Positions 14,036 to 27,040 of a stretch of DNA of 64,000 nt are shown here, piece after piece (the stretch's first letter is position 1; each line of letters opens with the position of its first letter). Origin of the DNA: Balanoglossus misakiensis (lineage: Eukaryota > Animalia > Hemichordata). The notes beneath the pieces are model-generated. The model did not search any database, was not told the origin of the DNA, and was given only the letters and a program-made list of their open reading frames with translations. The stretch covers positions 12,376,987 through 12,440,986 of the forward strand of contig CM082583.2 of NCBI GenBank assembly GCA_040954595.2, written 5' to 3'. Position numbers and translations under genes: made by a program.

Positions 14036-14414
14036 ACAAAACAATGCTTTAATGGCGTTTGGAAACGGGCAGTAAAATTTTAAATTAGACGGAAGCGACC
14101 ACGGTTTATCGGACTGACACGTCACTCAAACGACATGCCGACACAGACACAGTTTATTTTTCTTAGAAATGAGCAATATACAGACAGTAAACGAAAATTA
14201 AAGTGGAGAGAGAAAAAATGTTTCCGTGGGGTGAATTTCGATGTCGGGAAATACATGTGTGTCACGAGTACCTCTCAAGATCTGACAGTCAGTCGCACTA
14301 GCGTTCCATAAATACAGTGAACATCAATAAACATGATTTCGAGAGGCAAGTCGTTCTACATGTATACATGTATTGATATTGGTTGAAAATTGAATCAGCT
14401 CACCAACCCGATAA

Positions 14415-14627
14415 GGGGGCTGTCTGTATTTATACGGAGGAGGGGGTAGTCGGCAGAGTATCATGGTATAGTAGGTTGATGTCGCTGTTGCTATATGACG
14501 CCCATTCCGATTAGCTCCGTTTCATTTTCGTTGAAACTCTATACTACGATATATAATCATGCATTGGGAAATTCACAAGCCTTCGTCGCATCAAGCACAC
14601 CCCGCATGTAATTAATGAGAGCGCCCC
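14415..14627. mobile_element. degenerate Harbinger/Tourist-like MITE
   Basis: taa|gggggctgtctgtattta ... taattaatgagagcgcccc forms imperfect inverted ends similar in style to the element at 62729-62912. Confidence 0.3.
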
Positions 14628-15538
14628 AAACGATGATCGGTGCAAAACCGATGTGATTCTAACTTTAATACCACACTCACTTCTCGCTCCGACGATTGCA
14701 CAAGATTCGTTGAGGAAGTCATTTTATATTAGGCCTAATTATGAGAGATACACATACGTTCGCTTACCTTGTCGCACAGTTTCCGGGTGTTATTTAATTT
14801 TTAAGGGAAGAGAGGACCAATCCTATCCCGCATCATATTAAACATAAGGCTCGTATATATCCTACCCCGGGTGTCTTACCGAGTATGTCCCTTTCTTATG
14901 TCTACACCATGTTGATTTGATGGGCGATTAAAATATCCTGGCTTGACAACACTCCCGGGTAGACCGTATACAAAGACGATTTTCGTTAGTCGACATGGAA
15001 ACCACTACGAACGCGCGTCCGTATGGACTGGTGCACAATGTAAACCGGTAGCTCTGAAACCTCACATACCCAACGTCTCGTATCCGTTCCCTTTTTGACA
15101 CAAGAGGGCGTTACAAACCTCCCGTTAGTTTATGATACCCGATAATGGGGAAAATCGGATTAAAGTATTAATGCCCAGGACTATCTTCATATAAATAGCG
15201 TCAAAAGAAGAAGTATTTTCTATACCATGAGCTAGTGTGCGGCTAGAATCACGGAAAGCCCTTGGGCCCACTTCAGCAATTAGTCATAAATTTTGTCACG
15301 TTGGTGACCTTTCTTCGTCCCGTCATATGCGCAAACGAAAACCATGATCGAACAAACTGTGACACTTTACGAATACAACCAAATCCCCCCAAGAAAAAAA
15401 TGTGGACTATATAGGCTTATGCCTTTTTGATAGAGAGATCTAAACCACCCTGTCGAAGTTGAATTACACAGCGATGTTATCGATAATTGCTTTTTGTTAT
15501 ATTTCTGTGCATTTTTTGTAGCAACCACAATTTCTTAC

Positions 15539-15857
15539 CTATAAAGTTATCCAAAAATGCCCAGGTTTCCGTCGGTGGTCATCAACACGTCATGCATGTT
15601 TGTAGCGACCATTGTTATTGATGACAAATACATTCAAGTCCGGAATACAATTTTTCAAACAGTAAACTGTAGGGTCGGTGATGTACACATTGGGTACGAC
15701 GCGAAGATTATAGCTTTTGTGATTCAAGAAGAAACCACGGTTGATACACACAATAAAATACCGGGGAAGCACAAAACATCGTCGGATGAATATCAATCAC
15801 TGATAATTTTCCTTCTGAGTCTGTGGTTTTAAATAGGTGCCAACTGTAGGGCGTGGC
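15539..15857 (-). promoter_or_regulatory. candidate promoter and non-coding first exon (about 15801->15539)
   Basis: GC/GT-box gggcgtggc 15849-15857; minus-strand TATTTAAAA from 15835; TCAGT initiator with A at 15801; strong donor TAG|GTAAGA at 15538. Confidence 0.45.
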
Positions 15858-16380
15858 GTCTGTTATTGAACAACCCGCATAAGTTTCAAAAACACGCCCG
15901 CACAGAAGCTCACTCTTACTAGACAAGTGTGGACAAGCGAAAGCGTAAGGTAACTCATCTGACCCATACGTCAGCGAAACACGTGCACAAGAATAAGCCC
16001 CGCAGGATCATGACTCCATACTTGGGTACACTATCAATCGACATCAAAGGACAAAGCACAGATGGAAACGATAAACGGTATGGTGACCCAAGTACCAATG
16101 ATTTCATCGTAATTAAAGGGCACGCGGGTATCATACAGATATGCATGCACGTTTTGTCGCATTTTCAGGCACGTGAAATTGAGGGTCAACGTGTACGACC
16201 GGTGATTTAGGCCCCATCGGTATTTTTACAATAGAGGTCACGACGAGAACGTGACCTTTGAGATCTCTGGCGAGTGGAGAGAAGAGATATGAGAGAGAAG
16301 AGAGAGAGCAGAGGGAGGGGGTTTACTGTTTTATAAAATTAAACTGTGACTGGGCTACAGATCAGATACTTTTGGGCAAA

Positions 16381-16401
16381 TTAAAGCTCCATTAGCTGTA
16401 A
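16381..16401 (+). mobile_element. Kolobok-like terminal inverted repeat fragment (TTAA-AGCTCCATTAGCTGTAA)
   Basis: Exact 21-nt reverse complement of 31986-32006; begins with TTAA followed by AG. Confidence 0.55.
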
Positions 16402-16880
16402 GTTTTCGCTATATTTTAAGTACTTTTGTTTTCACATTGTGTGTTTACTGTAGTTTCTTGTTCAAATCCCTGAAGCAAGATGAAAAGCCCTGTTATCATG
16501 GGATGAATATTGCGGCAGCCATTTTCTTAGCAATAAACCACGTGTAAAGACGAACACGTTCTTGTGCTCTTGTCCTCTACGTCACCGATGAACATGATGA
16601 CGGTGATGATCATGATGATGACGATGATAGTGATAAAGGATCTCAAGGACCCCACACATGAGTAAACTATCGATTGAAATCTAAGGACAGACTGCGGATG
16701 AAATATGCAATTGAACTTGAAGAGCACATGCGCACTTGAATATCTGTTCAAGTGCTTCAGAAATATCCAGCTTTTATCTTTTAATCTCATTCATTAGTTT
16801 AGGCCTACACTAATTAATATTATACATTTCGTTTTGTCGTTTTTTCTCGTTTTATCGAAAAAAGAGTTGTGATATCGTAC

Positions 16881-17019
16881 CTTGACGTTGACAGTGCACA
16901 AAATGCAAAGCTACATTTGAGTCGCGGGGAAAAAGAAAACTCCCTCCTCTCGTTCGGAACCCGATGTGCAATACGATGACGTCATCGCCGGTTTTATAAA
17001 CAGACATGGCGCATTGGTG
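16881..17019 (-). promoter_or_regulatory. candidate promoter and non-coding first exon (about 16967->16881)
   Basis: Minus-strand CCAAT at about 17013-17017; TATAAAA from 16998; CRE TGACGTCA 16977-16984; CA start dinucleotide at 16967 (31 nt from TATA); donor AAG|GTACGA at 16880. Confidence 0.45.
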
Positions 17020-17573
17020 ACCATCGCCAGGGAAACCGAAAAATTTGTATTGTATGCCACGGATCAGGGGAAAAACGATCGCGTCTACAAGGGAAATCAA
17101 AATGTATTGGATCAAACGAGCCGACACAGGACCGCTTTGTAGTGTGAAGTTGCCATAAGCACTCGCCAGTAATTAATCACAATCGAAGTCTTCAGAACTG
17201 CGCATGAGATAAAGTCCATTCATTTTTATTCTAAATACAGAAAGAAAAAAATCTTTGAATAACCAGTACGCTTTTTATTGATTGCTGCTGGAGCGAAATA
17301 TTAAAAGTCAGGATCGTTTTATCCATAATGATCACCAATGCGCTTTGTGTTGAATGTAACGGAAGTGGTGAATAATTCAATGTTACAGTCCCCAGACCTA
17401 CTTTAGCAAACTGCAAAATAAACAAATCTATTTTTCAGAGAAATTCGTCAGGGAATCTAGGTCATCATCGCAGATGGTCGCACGACTGAAGCTAATCAAC
17501 CTGGATTTCGCTCGGCAATATTTCACATGCAGTTTTTTTGTTTCTTTTCCCTCATAATTTTGTCCCAATTAGC

Positions 17574-17649
17574 GATGATGATGATGATGATGATGATGAT
17601 GTTGTTTTTGTTGTTGATGATGGTGATGATGATGATGATGATGATGATG
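17574..17649. repeat. interrupted (GAT)n microsatellite
   Basis: Two GAT runs separated by a GTT-rich interruption; explains the poly-Asp and poly-His pseudo-ORFs. Confidence 0.95.
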
Positions 17650-19410
17650 TAAACCTATACGAACTATTAATGTACGTACACACGCACGAAGCGATCGAGG
17701 CTTCTCATCACCCGACCTTGGCGCATTGGAAACTACTAAGGTAACTTGTTGCGTAGCAACAGATAACTCCCGCACGGCCGGCGTAAACACGGAAACCTCA
17801 CTTGTTGGTCACGTGTGCCATCAAAGGAATCCTGAATTTGCCTTAATGACATTTTCAGCCATAGTCACTTGTGTTTTTAGCAGGATTGTTTTTGTCCGAA
17901 ACCATTTTACCTCTAAGGGACATGATTCATACAGCGGCTTTGGAGAATTGTCCGAAGTGGGTAAATCGTCCGGCAGATTATCTATATATAAGTGTTTAAT
18001 CGAGTGTCTTGCAATTATAACAAAAAGGCAAGCCCACCATTCCCCATCACGTCGTCTTATTAATAACAATATTACACTTTCCTATCACAACCCACTCTCT
18101 CATTTACCTATCATTTTCGTCTTTCTCCGATGTAATTTTACTCACGCCTTTGTGTCTGGATTCCTGTCGGTAACTTAAAAATCAGCCCCCGCGAAAATCG
18201 CGAATGAACGTTCATTGTGAGTGGGTCGCGTTTTCCAGACTAACACCTGCGGAGATAATACGTACTCTTGGCAAATTCACTCATTACATGCATCAAGGTA
18301 TGGGTAAACGCACGCCCTACAGACAAGAAAACCAGAATCTCACCAAGGCGCCGTAATCATGTTCGCAGAAAATTTCTATTATAGGTCATATTAAGAGCAT
18401 GACCAGGCCCGGGGCAAGGCGGTTATCCGTGAGCGTCTTCGCGTGATGAAATGTGGCGATGTGCACGGCCATGCACGAAAAGTATTGTGGAAAATTTTAG
18501 CTTTTTTTGGTTAAAGGGACAACGTCGCTCACTTCATTTTTTATTTTGGTTAGCTCGCTGGTTTTTGTTAGATTATTTATTCGAGCTGAAATTTCTTTCT
18601 GAGGACTCTCATTCAGGAGAAATGACCAGTGCTTGTCACCGAATCTCGAACGACCTCTTCAACATCGAAGAAAAGCGCACAGAATGACGGGAAGTGGATT
18701 GGCCGGAAGGCCTCGAAATCTACTCTAAACATTTCACATTTGTTTTGTACATATCTACGGTCGCCCCCTGGGCTAAACATTTAAACTCCAAAACAGCTAT
18801 GTCCACCGTAATGCAAAAGGAAAACACCAGGCAAACAATGACTGGCGTGTTTTACTTAAAGAGGGGTACCTGACATGACAATAGCATTGTTGTCTCTCAG
18901 CTCTGTTACGGCGCCCCCATTGTCATGTCGAGAACTATTACCTGCCACAAAGCATTATCCGAGCAGCAATGCAATGCGCAGCATATTTCAACAGGAGAAC
19001 GATAAGCAACGGTTTAAGTTTCGGCTGATCACTGGAGCTTGAATGGGCGATAACAAAGCAGTGCGTCCTTCAAACAAAAATTAGCATATTACGGCCCTGG
19101 TTTGTGTGTACCTACACGATTAACGGTAATTCAATTCTCATCATACACCCCAAGCAAAATAATTCCGATGCCCATCATTAATTTCACCCTTCTTCCGCCA
19201 TTAACATTTTCGCACCAGTTAATATAGCCGCGCGTTGCTGTGAGACAACCTCAATAACAGGAAACACGTTTTGGTGAGAAAACGTGACCGCGACGACCCT
19301 CAAATGTTTCGCAAACTGTTGACATACACGTGACAATGTAATTGTGAGTCAGTAGAATGCACCAAAATACAAAGCTTCAATCTACAGGTAAAGTACAAGG
19401 AAAAACTAAC

Positions 19411-19594
19411 CTGAAATTGAACAGAGACATCGTCAGTTCATACGCGTGGCCGGTCTGGCTGCAGAGGCGAACTGACTTAATTTATGCATGAGATCCTTTT
19501 ATATAAGCAATCTACATATGATGCCACATAAGCTTGTGTTCATTGGTCAAATGAAACATCCAGGTGGTTTGCATCTAATACAGATCAACCAATA
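19411..19594 (-). promoter_or_regulatory. TATA-Inr core promoter and 63-nt first exon (19473->19411)
   Basis: Minus-strand TATAAAAG starts at 19503, exactly 30 nt upstream of the A of TCAGTT (19473). CCAAT motifs at about 19542-19546 and 19589-19593. Donor CAG|GTTAGT at 19410. Confidence 0.65.
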
Positions 19595-22488
19595 GAAGGT
19601 AAGTTATTTTTAACAGCGCTCGATGCGTCATGAGAAGGCGACAACACAACCCATGCATTCTCCATATCTCAAAAATAAAACATGTTTATCGTTCTGTATA
19701 AATACATATGAGGTATTAAAATATTTATCTCTAATTAACTAATGCACCCAATTGCATTTTAATAATTCAAGCCAAATCGCTTCAAGCCTCCACAAATAGG
19801 CGGGGCAGACAAAAACGTTTAACAGAAGAAAATTTGATATCTGAGAGAGATAGAATGGTACACCTACCTGTTGCGCAGGAAAGAACATGCGTGCACTATC
19901 AGTCTATATGTTGACAATCTTACGTTTCATGCGTCTTGTTTGTCGTATCCCGCAGTCCTGTCTTAGGGGGATTCGGCGAAAGTAGTAAACACTACCCTGA
20001 ATTTTCTGCGGAAAATCTTGGCTTCAGGCTTGTCTGCGTCTTGGCCACAAGTATGGAGACGAGCTGATAAAAGAAACTTGCACCGCGTTCGACTGTAATA
20101 ATTCCCAGTTCTCCGTGCCGATTCCGTAGTTCTCAGAGATTCCACGCTGCCCCTGTGGTAGGAATAAACACCGATCGTGTCGCACTGCACATGATCGACT
20201 TAAGGCAGGGGGGGGGGGGGGGTAACTGTGTCCTGATGTAGAAATTGCAGGTTTGCAAGCCGGAGGGCGAAGCGCTTTCAGACGGCAAAATCGGTCCAAC
20301 TTCTCCGCTCCTTTTGTTTCGTAATTACCTCGCTATTGCGAGTCAATAACATGTTTTTATAAAGTAGTTTCTGTGCTTTTCACTTCCAGGGCTGTTTGTC
20401 GCGAAGCTACGGCTATAGGTTTTCTTGCTGCAAGAGCGAAGATCGGTTTTTGTCTCCCCTCGCTGCTTATTGATTTGTATTGTGACGAAAAGAGGCTTAC
20501 ATATTTGGCTGTAAATAGAGCAGTACCGGCTGATCAATTGGAATCCATCCCAGAACCTATTGACGACATTGCTAAGCGTGCAGTACAAATAGCAAACACA
20601 CGTCATAGGTGTTGCTATGGCGATGGTAAATATTTCTCTCACGACGTCCACTTTCATTTGAGGTTTATTTAGTTAAATACACGTTTTACATTACATACCT
20701 ATAAGACCAATGCAATGGAAAACATATCGTTTCTAATACAGCAGTTCATCGATCGCGACCACCAATGAATGCAACTATATATTCGCTTCTCATTCAAAGC
20801 TACGAGTACTTCCATTCTCATAACCGAGCTGTACAAATCAAAGATTATATGGCAACATGCTACTTTCCCTGGGAGCAACTTGAAAACCCAAGCGTCAGTT
20901 CGATAATACAATATAAACATTTCCAAACTATATGATGGTTAACTTTTTTTCTGAAGGTTTTCTCGCGATCGATTTAGGACCACAACGGGGGACCACCACT
21001 AGTGTAAAGACTGTTATTCTGGTCTGCTTACAGATGTTGGCGAAGACGCGGTACGTGTGCATTAGACGCTGTCTCACGTGTGACTGTAAAAACACGAAAA
21101 TGCGGAATTGTGGACCCGACTGCAGGTTGTATCAAGGTGCTATAGACCTACGAAATACAAAGCAAAGGAAGTCAAAACACACCACATAAGGAAAGGGGAG
21201 CGCACAGAGCAGTGAATAGCCATCCATCAGCCTTGCATCCCATGAAATTCACGTTCAGAACTGAATACTGCCCTCTGGAGACTTAAATGGGTTTGAGATT
21301 TCCTTTTGTTTTTAGTGCAGGAAAATGGTCGAAGTTTTGTCCACTTTGCATATTATCTAGAAAACAAATTCAGATCTTGAGGTTATTTTGTTCATTTTCT
21401 TTATAAAGGTATAAAAAATATACATCTTCCAACTATATATTCCATTCTTTGTGAATCAAAGCCGGTACAAGGGAGACTGTGATATCACAAAAATATGAAA
21501 TTTGTTTTATTTTGCAAATCAGATGTGAGTGTGAATTAAACTGGATTGCTCAAACTATACACAGCATAGCTTGAAGCTTATTCGGCATTTCTGTGAAAGA
21601 CATTTACACACGTCTGGACTAAAACAGTCGAAAAACAAGTTTCATTTCCATTTATAAAATTTGACCACAAAATCATGGACAAGCGTGGAAAAAAAACAGT
21701 AAAATCACATAAAAACGCAGTTCATAACGAAGTCACTAGAATAAAATATATACATATATACAAGAAACTTTTAGAAAGTTTGAAAGGAGAAATTGTACCA
21801 GTTCCCAAATACCTTGTAACAGCAAAACAGTAATTTCAACAGGAAAAGTCAACAAACGTAAACTGAGTGCACTCTTGTAATGTACTGTTTATCATAGTTC
21901 GGCAGAATCATCACTTTTGAATTTCAGGTGTGAAGTTCATCATGTTTATCATTTCCATGCTGGCTCATGGTGAACTTTGGTCCCTGACAAAGTCAATGTG
22001 ACTCTGCCCTTGGAGATAAAATTACCCACAATGCAGCTTCTGATAGGAATTTACAGCACTCCACAATTGAACGTCGGCAGTCACCAGGTGTACTCTACAA
22101 AATATTCAAATTGCATAGGCAAGACAAAAAAACCTATCGACCACATACAAAACACATAAAAGACACAAAAATACATTAAACGCACATCGGAATCAGTTTG
22201 CATAGTAAGAATGCTGCCTGCATATCATACTTTTGTGGCGTCATTATTTGAGGTTGGTCATACATGGTGACGGACCTCAGTGAATCAGAAAGAGTACATG
22301 CATAATTTGTGCATGTATCATGTTCATAGGTAGGAAGAGGAAATCAACTGACATAATTAACCATAGGCGATCCATTAACCATGAGTGTGGGGTATTTTTT
22401 GGGTGAAAAAAGCAAAGAGTTGTTTTCATCTGCAGTGTTGCCATCATGATCCAAACAACCAACGCCCTATATGTATATCCATTCTTGC

Positions 22489-22695
22489 TCATCTGACAAC
22501 ATCATGGTCTTTATCAGCAATTTTCTCATCAACGCAAACTTTTGTTTCTTCATCATCATCGTCATCTTCCTCTTCTGAGTCATCATCATCCAAGACTAGT
22601 TCATCATCTTCATCATCACTGTCCCATCCATCGCTTGAAGTTGTCTTGACAGCTTCTTCGGATGGACTTGGCCCAAGAAGGATGAATTCCAAACC
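22489..22695 (-). CDS. LRR protein exon 2 (acidic tail)
   Basis: AG acceptor, phase matches exon 1, TGA at 22491-22489. Confidence 0.85.
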   Translation of the reverse strand, partial: GLEFILLGPSPSEEAVKTTSSDGWDSDDEDDELVLDDDDSEEEDDDDDEETKVCVDEKIADKDHDVVR

Positions 22696-23635
22696 CTGCA
22701 AAATAATTTAAAACATCTGAAGTCTGAACCTTCCTTCATTGTCAAAAAAGAGAGAATTTTTGATGTCGCATATTTACAAGGGTGAACCAAAACCAAGTAG
22801 ATCTCAAAAATATGACAAGCGCCTGACTGTGATATAGACAGACAGGCAGACTGACATACTATAAATACATACAAAATACCCTAATGCAAAGCTTAAGATT
22901 TACCTTCCAATGTGTTGGTCGTTCAGTCATGGGATTGTCCCGCAGGTCTAACTTTGTGAGACGTGACAGTCCAATAAGAAGCTCGTCGGGCAGAGTTGTG
23001 ATGCTGTTGGCTTTGATCACCAGAGATGCCAGCGTTTGAATTTCAGTCAATACTTGGGGAATAGTGGAGAACCTGTTGTGGCTCAGGTCAAGATAGGTCA
23101 CACTGGGCAGGCTGCCAAAGGACCTAGGAAGTTCTGCGAGTTCGTTTCTCGCCAAACTGAGCCACTTCAGGCAACGCATGTGCTGCACATCGTCCGGAAT
23201 CGTGGATATTGAGTTGTCGCGAGCTCCCAGCTTCTGTAGGTTTTGCAGCATCCCGATTTCGGCGGGCAGACTCATCAGTCCGACATCGACGACCCAGAGT
23301 TGGACAAGGTTCGACAGGTGACCTATCTCCGGTGGCAGAAAGCCAAGCTTGTTATGACTCAGACTGAGATACGTCAGGTTTTGCAACTGCCCTAGTCCCG
23401 ACGGCAAAACGGTCAAATTGTTATTGTCCAGCGTGAGTACTTGCAAATTTTCCAGGGTGACGAGCTCTGATGGTGGCATGAGCAGTTTGTTGTCGTTCAA
23501 CAGTAGACGCTTCAGGAAAACCAACTTCTGTACACTTGATGGCAGAACGGTCAACCCGCGATGACTCAGGTTCAGGGTGTCCTGGTGCTTACAACTGGCA
23601 TCTTTTATGAGCTCTTCTAACTCTAAGATGCTCAT
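22489..23635 (-). CDS. leucine-rich repeat protein (about 10 x 23-aa SHOC2/PIRL-type LRRs) with Asp/Glu-rich C-terminal tail; CDS join(23635..22904,22695..22489), about 312 aa
   Basis: accATG at 23635; repeats such as LSLSHNKLGFLPPEIGHLSNLVQ; phase-0 donor AAG|GTAAAT at 22903; acceptor ttttgcag| at 22696-22697; exon 2 GLEFILLGPSP...DDEDDELVLDDDDSEEEDDDDEE...VVR* stays in frame. Confidence 0.9.
22904..23635 (-). CDS. LRR protein exon 1 (all LRRs)
   Basis: 732 nt, 244 codons, ends at a GT donor. Confidence 0.92.
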
Positions 23636-23689
23636 GGTGACAGATGAACGCTAATTCACGACGAGGACATCGCCGATACGGCGAAAATA

Positions 23690-23840
23690 CGAAAAAACAG
23701 CGTCGGTATTGCTATGGTTTCAACAGGTGATGGAGTCCGCCATATTGAACTACCTAAGCCGGTCATTAAAGTTCACTAGGACTCCCCGTTGCAGTGATAG
23801 TTCATTTCTGCTGACGTATGTGTATTGATTACGTCACTGA
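23690..23840 (-). promoter_or_regulatory. CpG-rich promoter of the LRR gene
   Basis: YY1-like CGCCATATTG 23738-23747 and CRE-like TTACGTCA 23829-23836, just upstream of the ATG. Confidence 0.5.
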
Positions 23841-24046
23841 GGCGCTTTTTAATAAAATCGTGTGTTTGAAGCAATTTGTTTTAATAAAGTAACATTTTTT
23901 TGCAGAAACTGATATTCCTATTACTCTGAGTCTTGGCTTGCAGAATCCCAAGGACTTCTTATGACAAAAATATACCAACATTGTATGGTGCTTTTGCCTC
24001 AAAGTGAAGTCATACTCGAGAATTGTTCGTATTTTTTGCAAGAAAC

Positions 24047-24052
24047 TTTATT
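24047..24052 (-). terminator. candidate polyadenylation signal of the ADAMTSL gene (about 3-kb 3'UTR)
   Basis: Minus-strand AATAAA at the end of the AT-rich stretch after the stop codon. More proximal AATAAA copies exist at about 25655 and 26106. Confidence 0.4.
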
Positions 24053-27040
24053 GATGCAGACTTGGAATAGCTCATGACATAAAATGCTTTTTACTTTTTA
24101 AACACTGGAAATATATATCTGTTAGACAAGATTTATACAATTGGAAAACAAGTACATAATACCATCTCTACTTTTGTGACACAAAGAATAAATAACAGAG
24201 CTGGACATGTGAAATATTGGGGGTTCATTGAGAAAAGAAATAGTGAAGAAACCGAACATAATAATGTGAAATAAAATACATAACATACATTTGTTTTGTC
24301 CTGTCTTCTGTTTGTTGGCCAGACCCTTTCATCTCCACTCTTGTCGCACTTTCAACCTTATCACAACATCTGTTTATAGCCTGGGCATGAAAGGGTCAAA
24401 GTGCCAACTGCACTGAAAAAGCACCATGTCCATAAAAATGTAAATGCCTGTTTTACATGTTGTCTCTCCACTCTCAACCTGTGGCTGGTTTGTTTTAACT
24501 GCGCCATATCTTTCCCTCTGAACTTGGGAGGTGTTGATGTGTCCTTGTCATATATTTGAAATTATACAGGGATCTGGGCCTTGCAAGCTAGAAAAACATT
24601 TTTTTCCACTGAAACAATTGAGGTCAGACAGTAATATTGTTAGTAATTTAATAATATGCTGTTTTGTACCATCCAACAGCAGAGCACATAAACAATGATT
24701 GTCTATTAACTGTGTTATTCAGCTGCTATGCAGCAAGTATCGGTATAGAGGGCCTTGGAAAAATGAGGGGGATGAACAAGTTGTTCCTCCTGTACCATCT
24801 TTAGAACTCTGGATGGATTTACACTAGTCTGGTTACTTGAATTAACATGTGTGCGTTGTGTGTGAGGTGTGTAAATTTCTTTTAAAAGTACACAGAAAAC
24901 ACAGTCTTTGACTCAACCGATTCAGTGTTTAAAATTTCTTGAAATACCGGTAACACGTTTCCACCATTTGTCAGTTATCAGATTATACTATAAGATGTCA
25001 CTTCAATGATTAGTGTCCGGGCAGGATGATGCTCCATCTGTCAAAATCTGTCATGAATGATATTTGGACTTGAGAGTGATCAAGAACAAAACAAATGATA
25101 CTGTCGTCTCCACCTGAATCAACTGCAAAAACGTTTTCTTGAAATACGAAATAGTGGGAACTGGGGCAGGGTTAAGAGTGTTTGTAAGAATATTACCTGA
25201 AGACGATCAGGGAATCAGACAGGTTTACATTTCAAAAATCATAACGGCTTCTGACGCAAAGACTGTTAGAACAAAACAATGGAAATGAAAGTCATGAAAG
25301 ATGAAAGAGACAGGCCAAAAGTAAAGGGGAATAAATAAGCAATATCAAGAATTGGCAGTTATAGACAAATCCTCATCAGTGTCGGGTTCACTCACAATAA
25401 AGAGCATTTTGCTCATACTGTGTTTGCACAGTAAAAATGTCTCAGATGACATTGTATATATATACATCTCAACCTACGAACCTCAAATAAAATTCAACCA
25501 AGTGTTGGAAATAAAAACAAAGTTGAAAAATAAATGAATTTGATTAAAATGGCATGCAATTTTTATACATAAATTTGTCTTTTTGAACGACAGATAACTT
25601 ATATTTTAAAAGCACTGTTGTATGTGATAAATTCTAAATGAAATTAATACATGTTTTATTGCTTCAACACAATGTCCTTTCATAAGGTCTCTTGAACATA
25701 CGTAATCAAGTAGACCTTTCTTCTGTCGATTCATCTTTAAAATTGTCCAAATGTTATTTCAGATGGTGATGCTATGACATCACAACTGTAGTCTGTGGTA
25801 CTTTAATATTCCATCATGATGCACCAAATTTTACAGGTGTGACGACAAAGATGGATGTCGCCACCAGAAGTGTAATGTTGTATATTGAATGAAATCACGA
25901 CAAGATGCCAATGACATCATATAAGTGAATGTGACGCAAAGTTTGGATACAAACTACTATTTACATAAATTTCATATCAGACATCACATTGAATGTCTTC
26001 AATTATTTACAGATATTGTAAATGTGAACTTTAAGATCCAAGTAAGAATATTAATGTATGATTTGCATAAAGCAATATCTATGAAACAATAATGAAAGAG
26101 GACAGTTTATTGACACTGCAAACAGTTTATCCTAAGTGTCATGAATAAAAGAGTGCTCAAAATTGTCTTATATTTAATGATCAGGTAAACACACGCTTAT
26201 AGCACTGACAACTGTTTTATACAATTGTGTCTGAAACACATTCTGTGTCTCTGTTAAACAGGGGAAATACTGATAATTAAATGCACATCAGTTAATCAAG
26301 ATCAGGCGTATTATTTGGCCTGAATTATGATATTAAACCGAACAAGTCACACACAGGTCTGAGCTGGGCAGAAATTTAGAATTTCTCGTCACAAACAAGG
26401 GTCAGTGAAACACATAGCAATACAACAAAACGCCAGGCTCGTTACAATCGCTGGTTACAAATTTAGTGATCAGACATCGTGTCAAAATCTGCTAGGCAGT
26501 TCTTGGTCAAAAACATATCAGGGGAATTTTAATAAAGAAATGTGTTGCCAGACTTGAGCCTAAAAAGGGCGTGTCAAACTCATGTTAGCTGATTATTTAA
26601 CACTTAGAATTACCAACATGTTATGACTTATTTTATGGTGTCCTTAAATATTTGTCTGTCTGCATTCAGACCAAACAACGTCAAAGTCCCTTAAATTCTC
26701 AGCAGTGCAGCTGCTGATTGGAGGATGAAATTTTCTTTTGATCAGTATTTGCTATGTTTCCAGTAAGATGATAATGTACTTATCATCATCATCATCATCA
26801 TCCTGATAGTTTAATTTTCCAGTAAATGATCCAAACTTAGTTCAACACTCTTGTTTTCAAAAGGTCTTTTATTTCAGACCTGTGTCTGTTTTTCATGGCA
26901 AGATTTCAGTCAGGGCATTCTTCACAGGCCATGAGAATGACAAATATCCCCATGATCTGTGAACTGAGCATGCTCACAGCATATAGTTTAATTCAAGCAT
27001 GCTTGGTGTGATACACTCTAAACTCTGGTGCAGTCGTGTT

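Noticed and set aside
17538-17790. Poly-Asp and poly-His ORFs
   Set aside because: Products of the (GAT)n microsatellite.
17726-18178. 150-aa plus-strand ORF
   Set aside because: No domain signature, composition typical of non-coding DNA, non-ATG start.
20208-20222. G15 run (similar runs near 50410, 50787, 57393 and 62878)
   Set aside because: Homopolymers recur throughout the window; no specific function can be supported.
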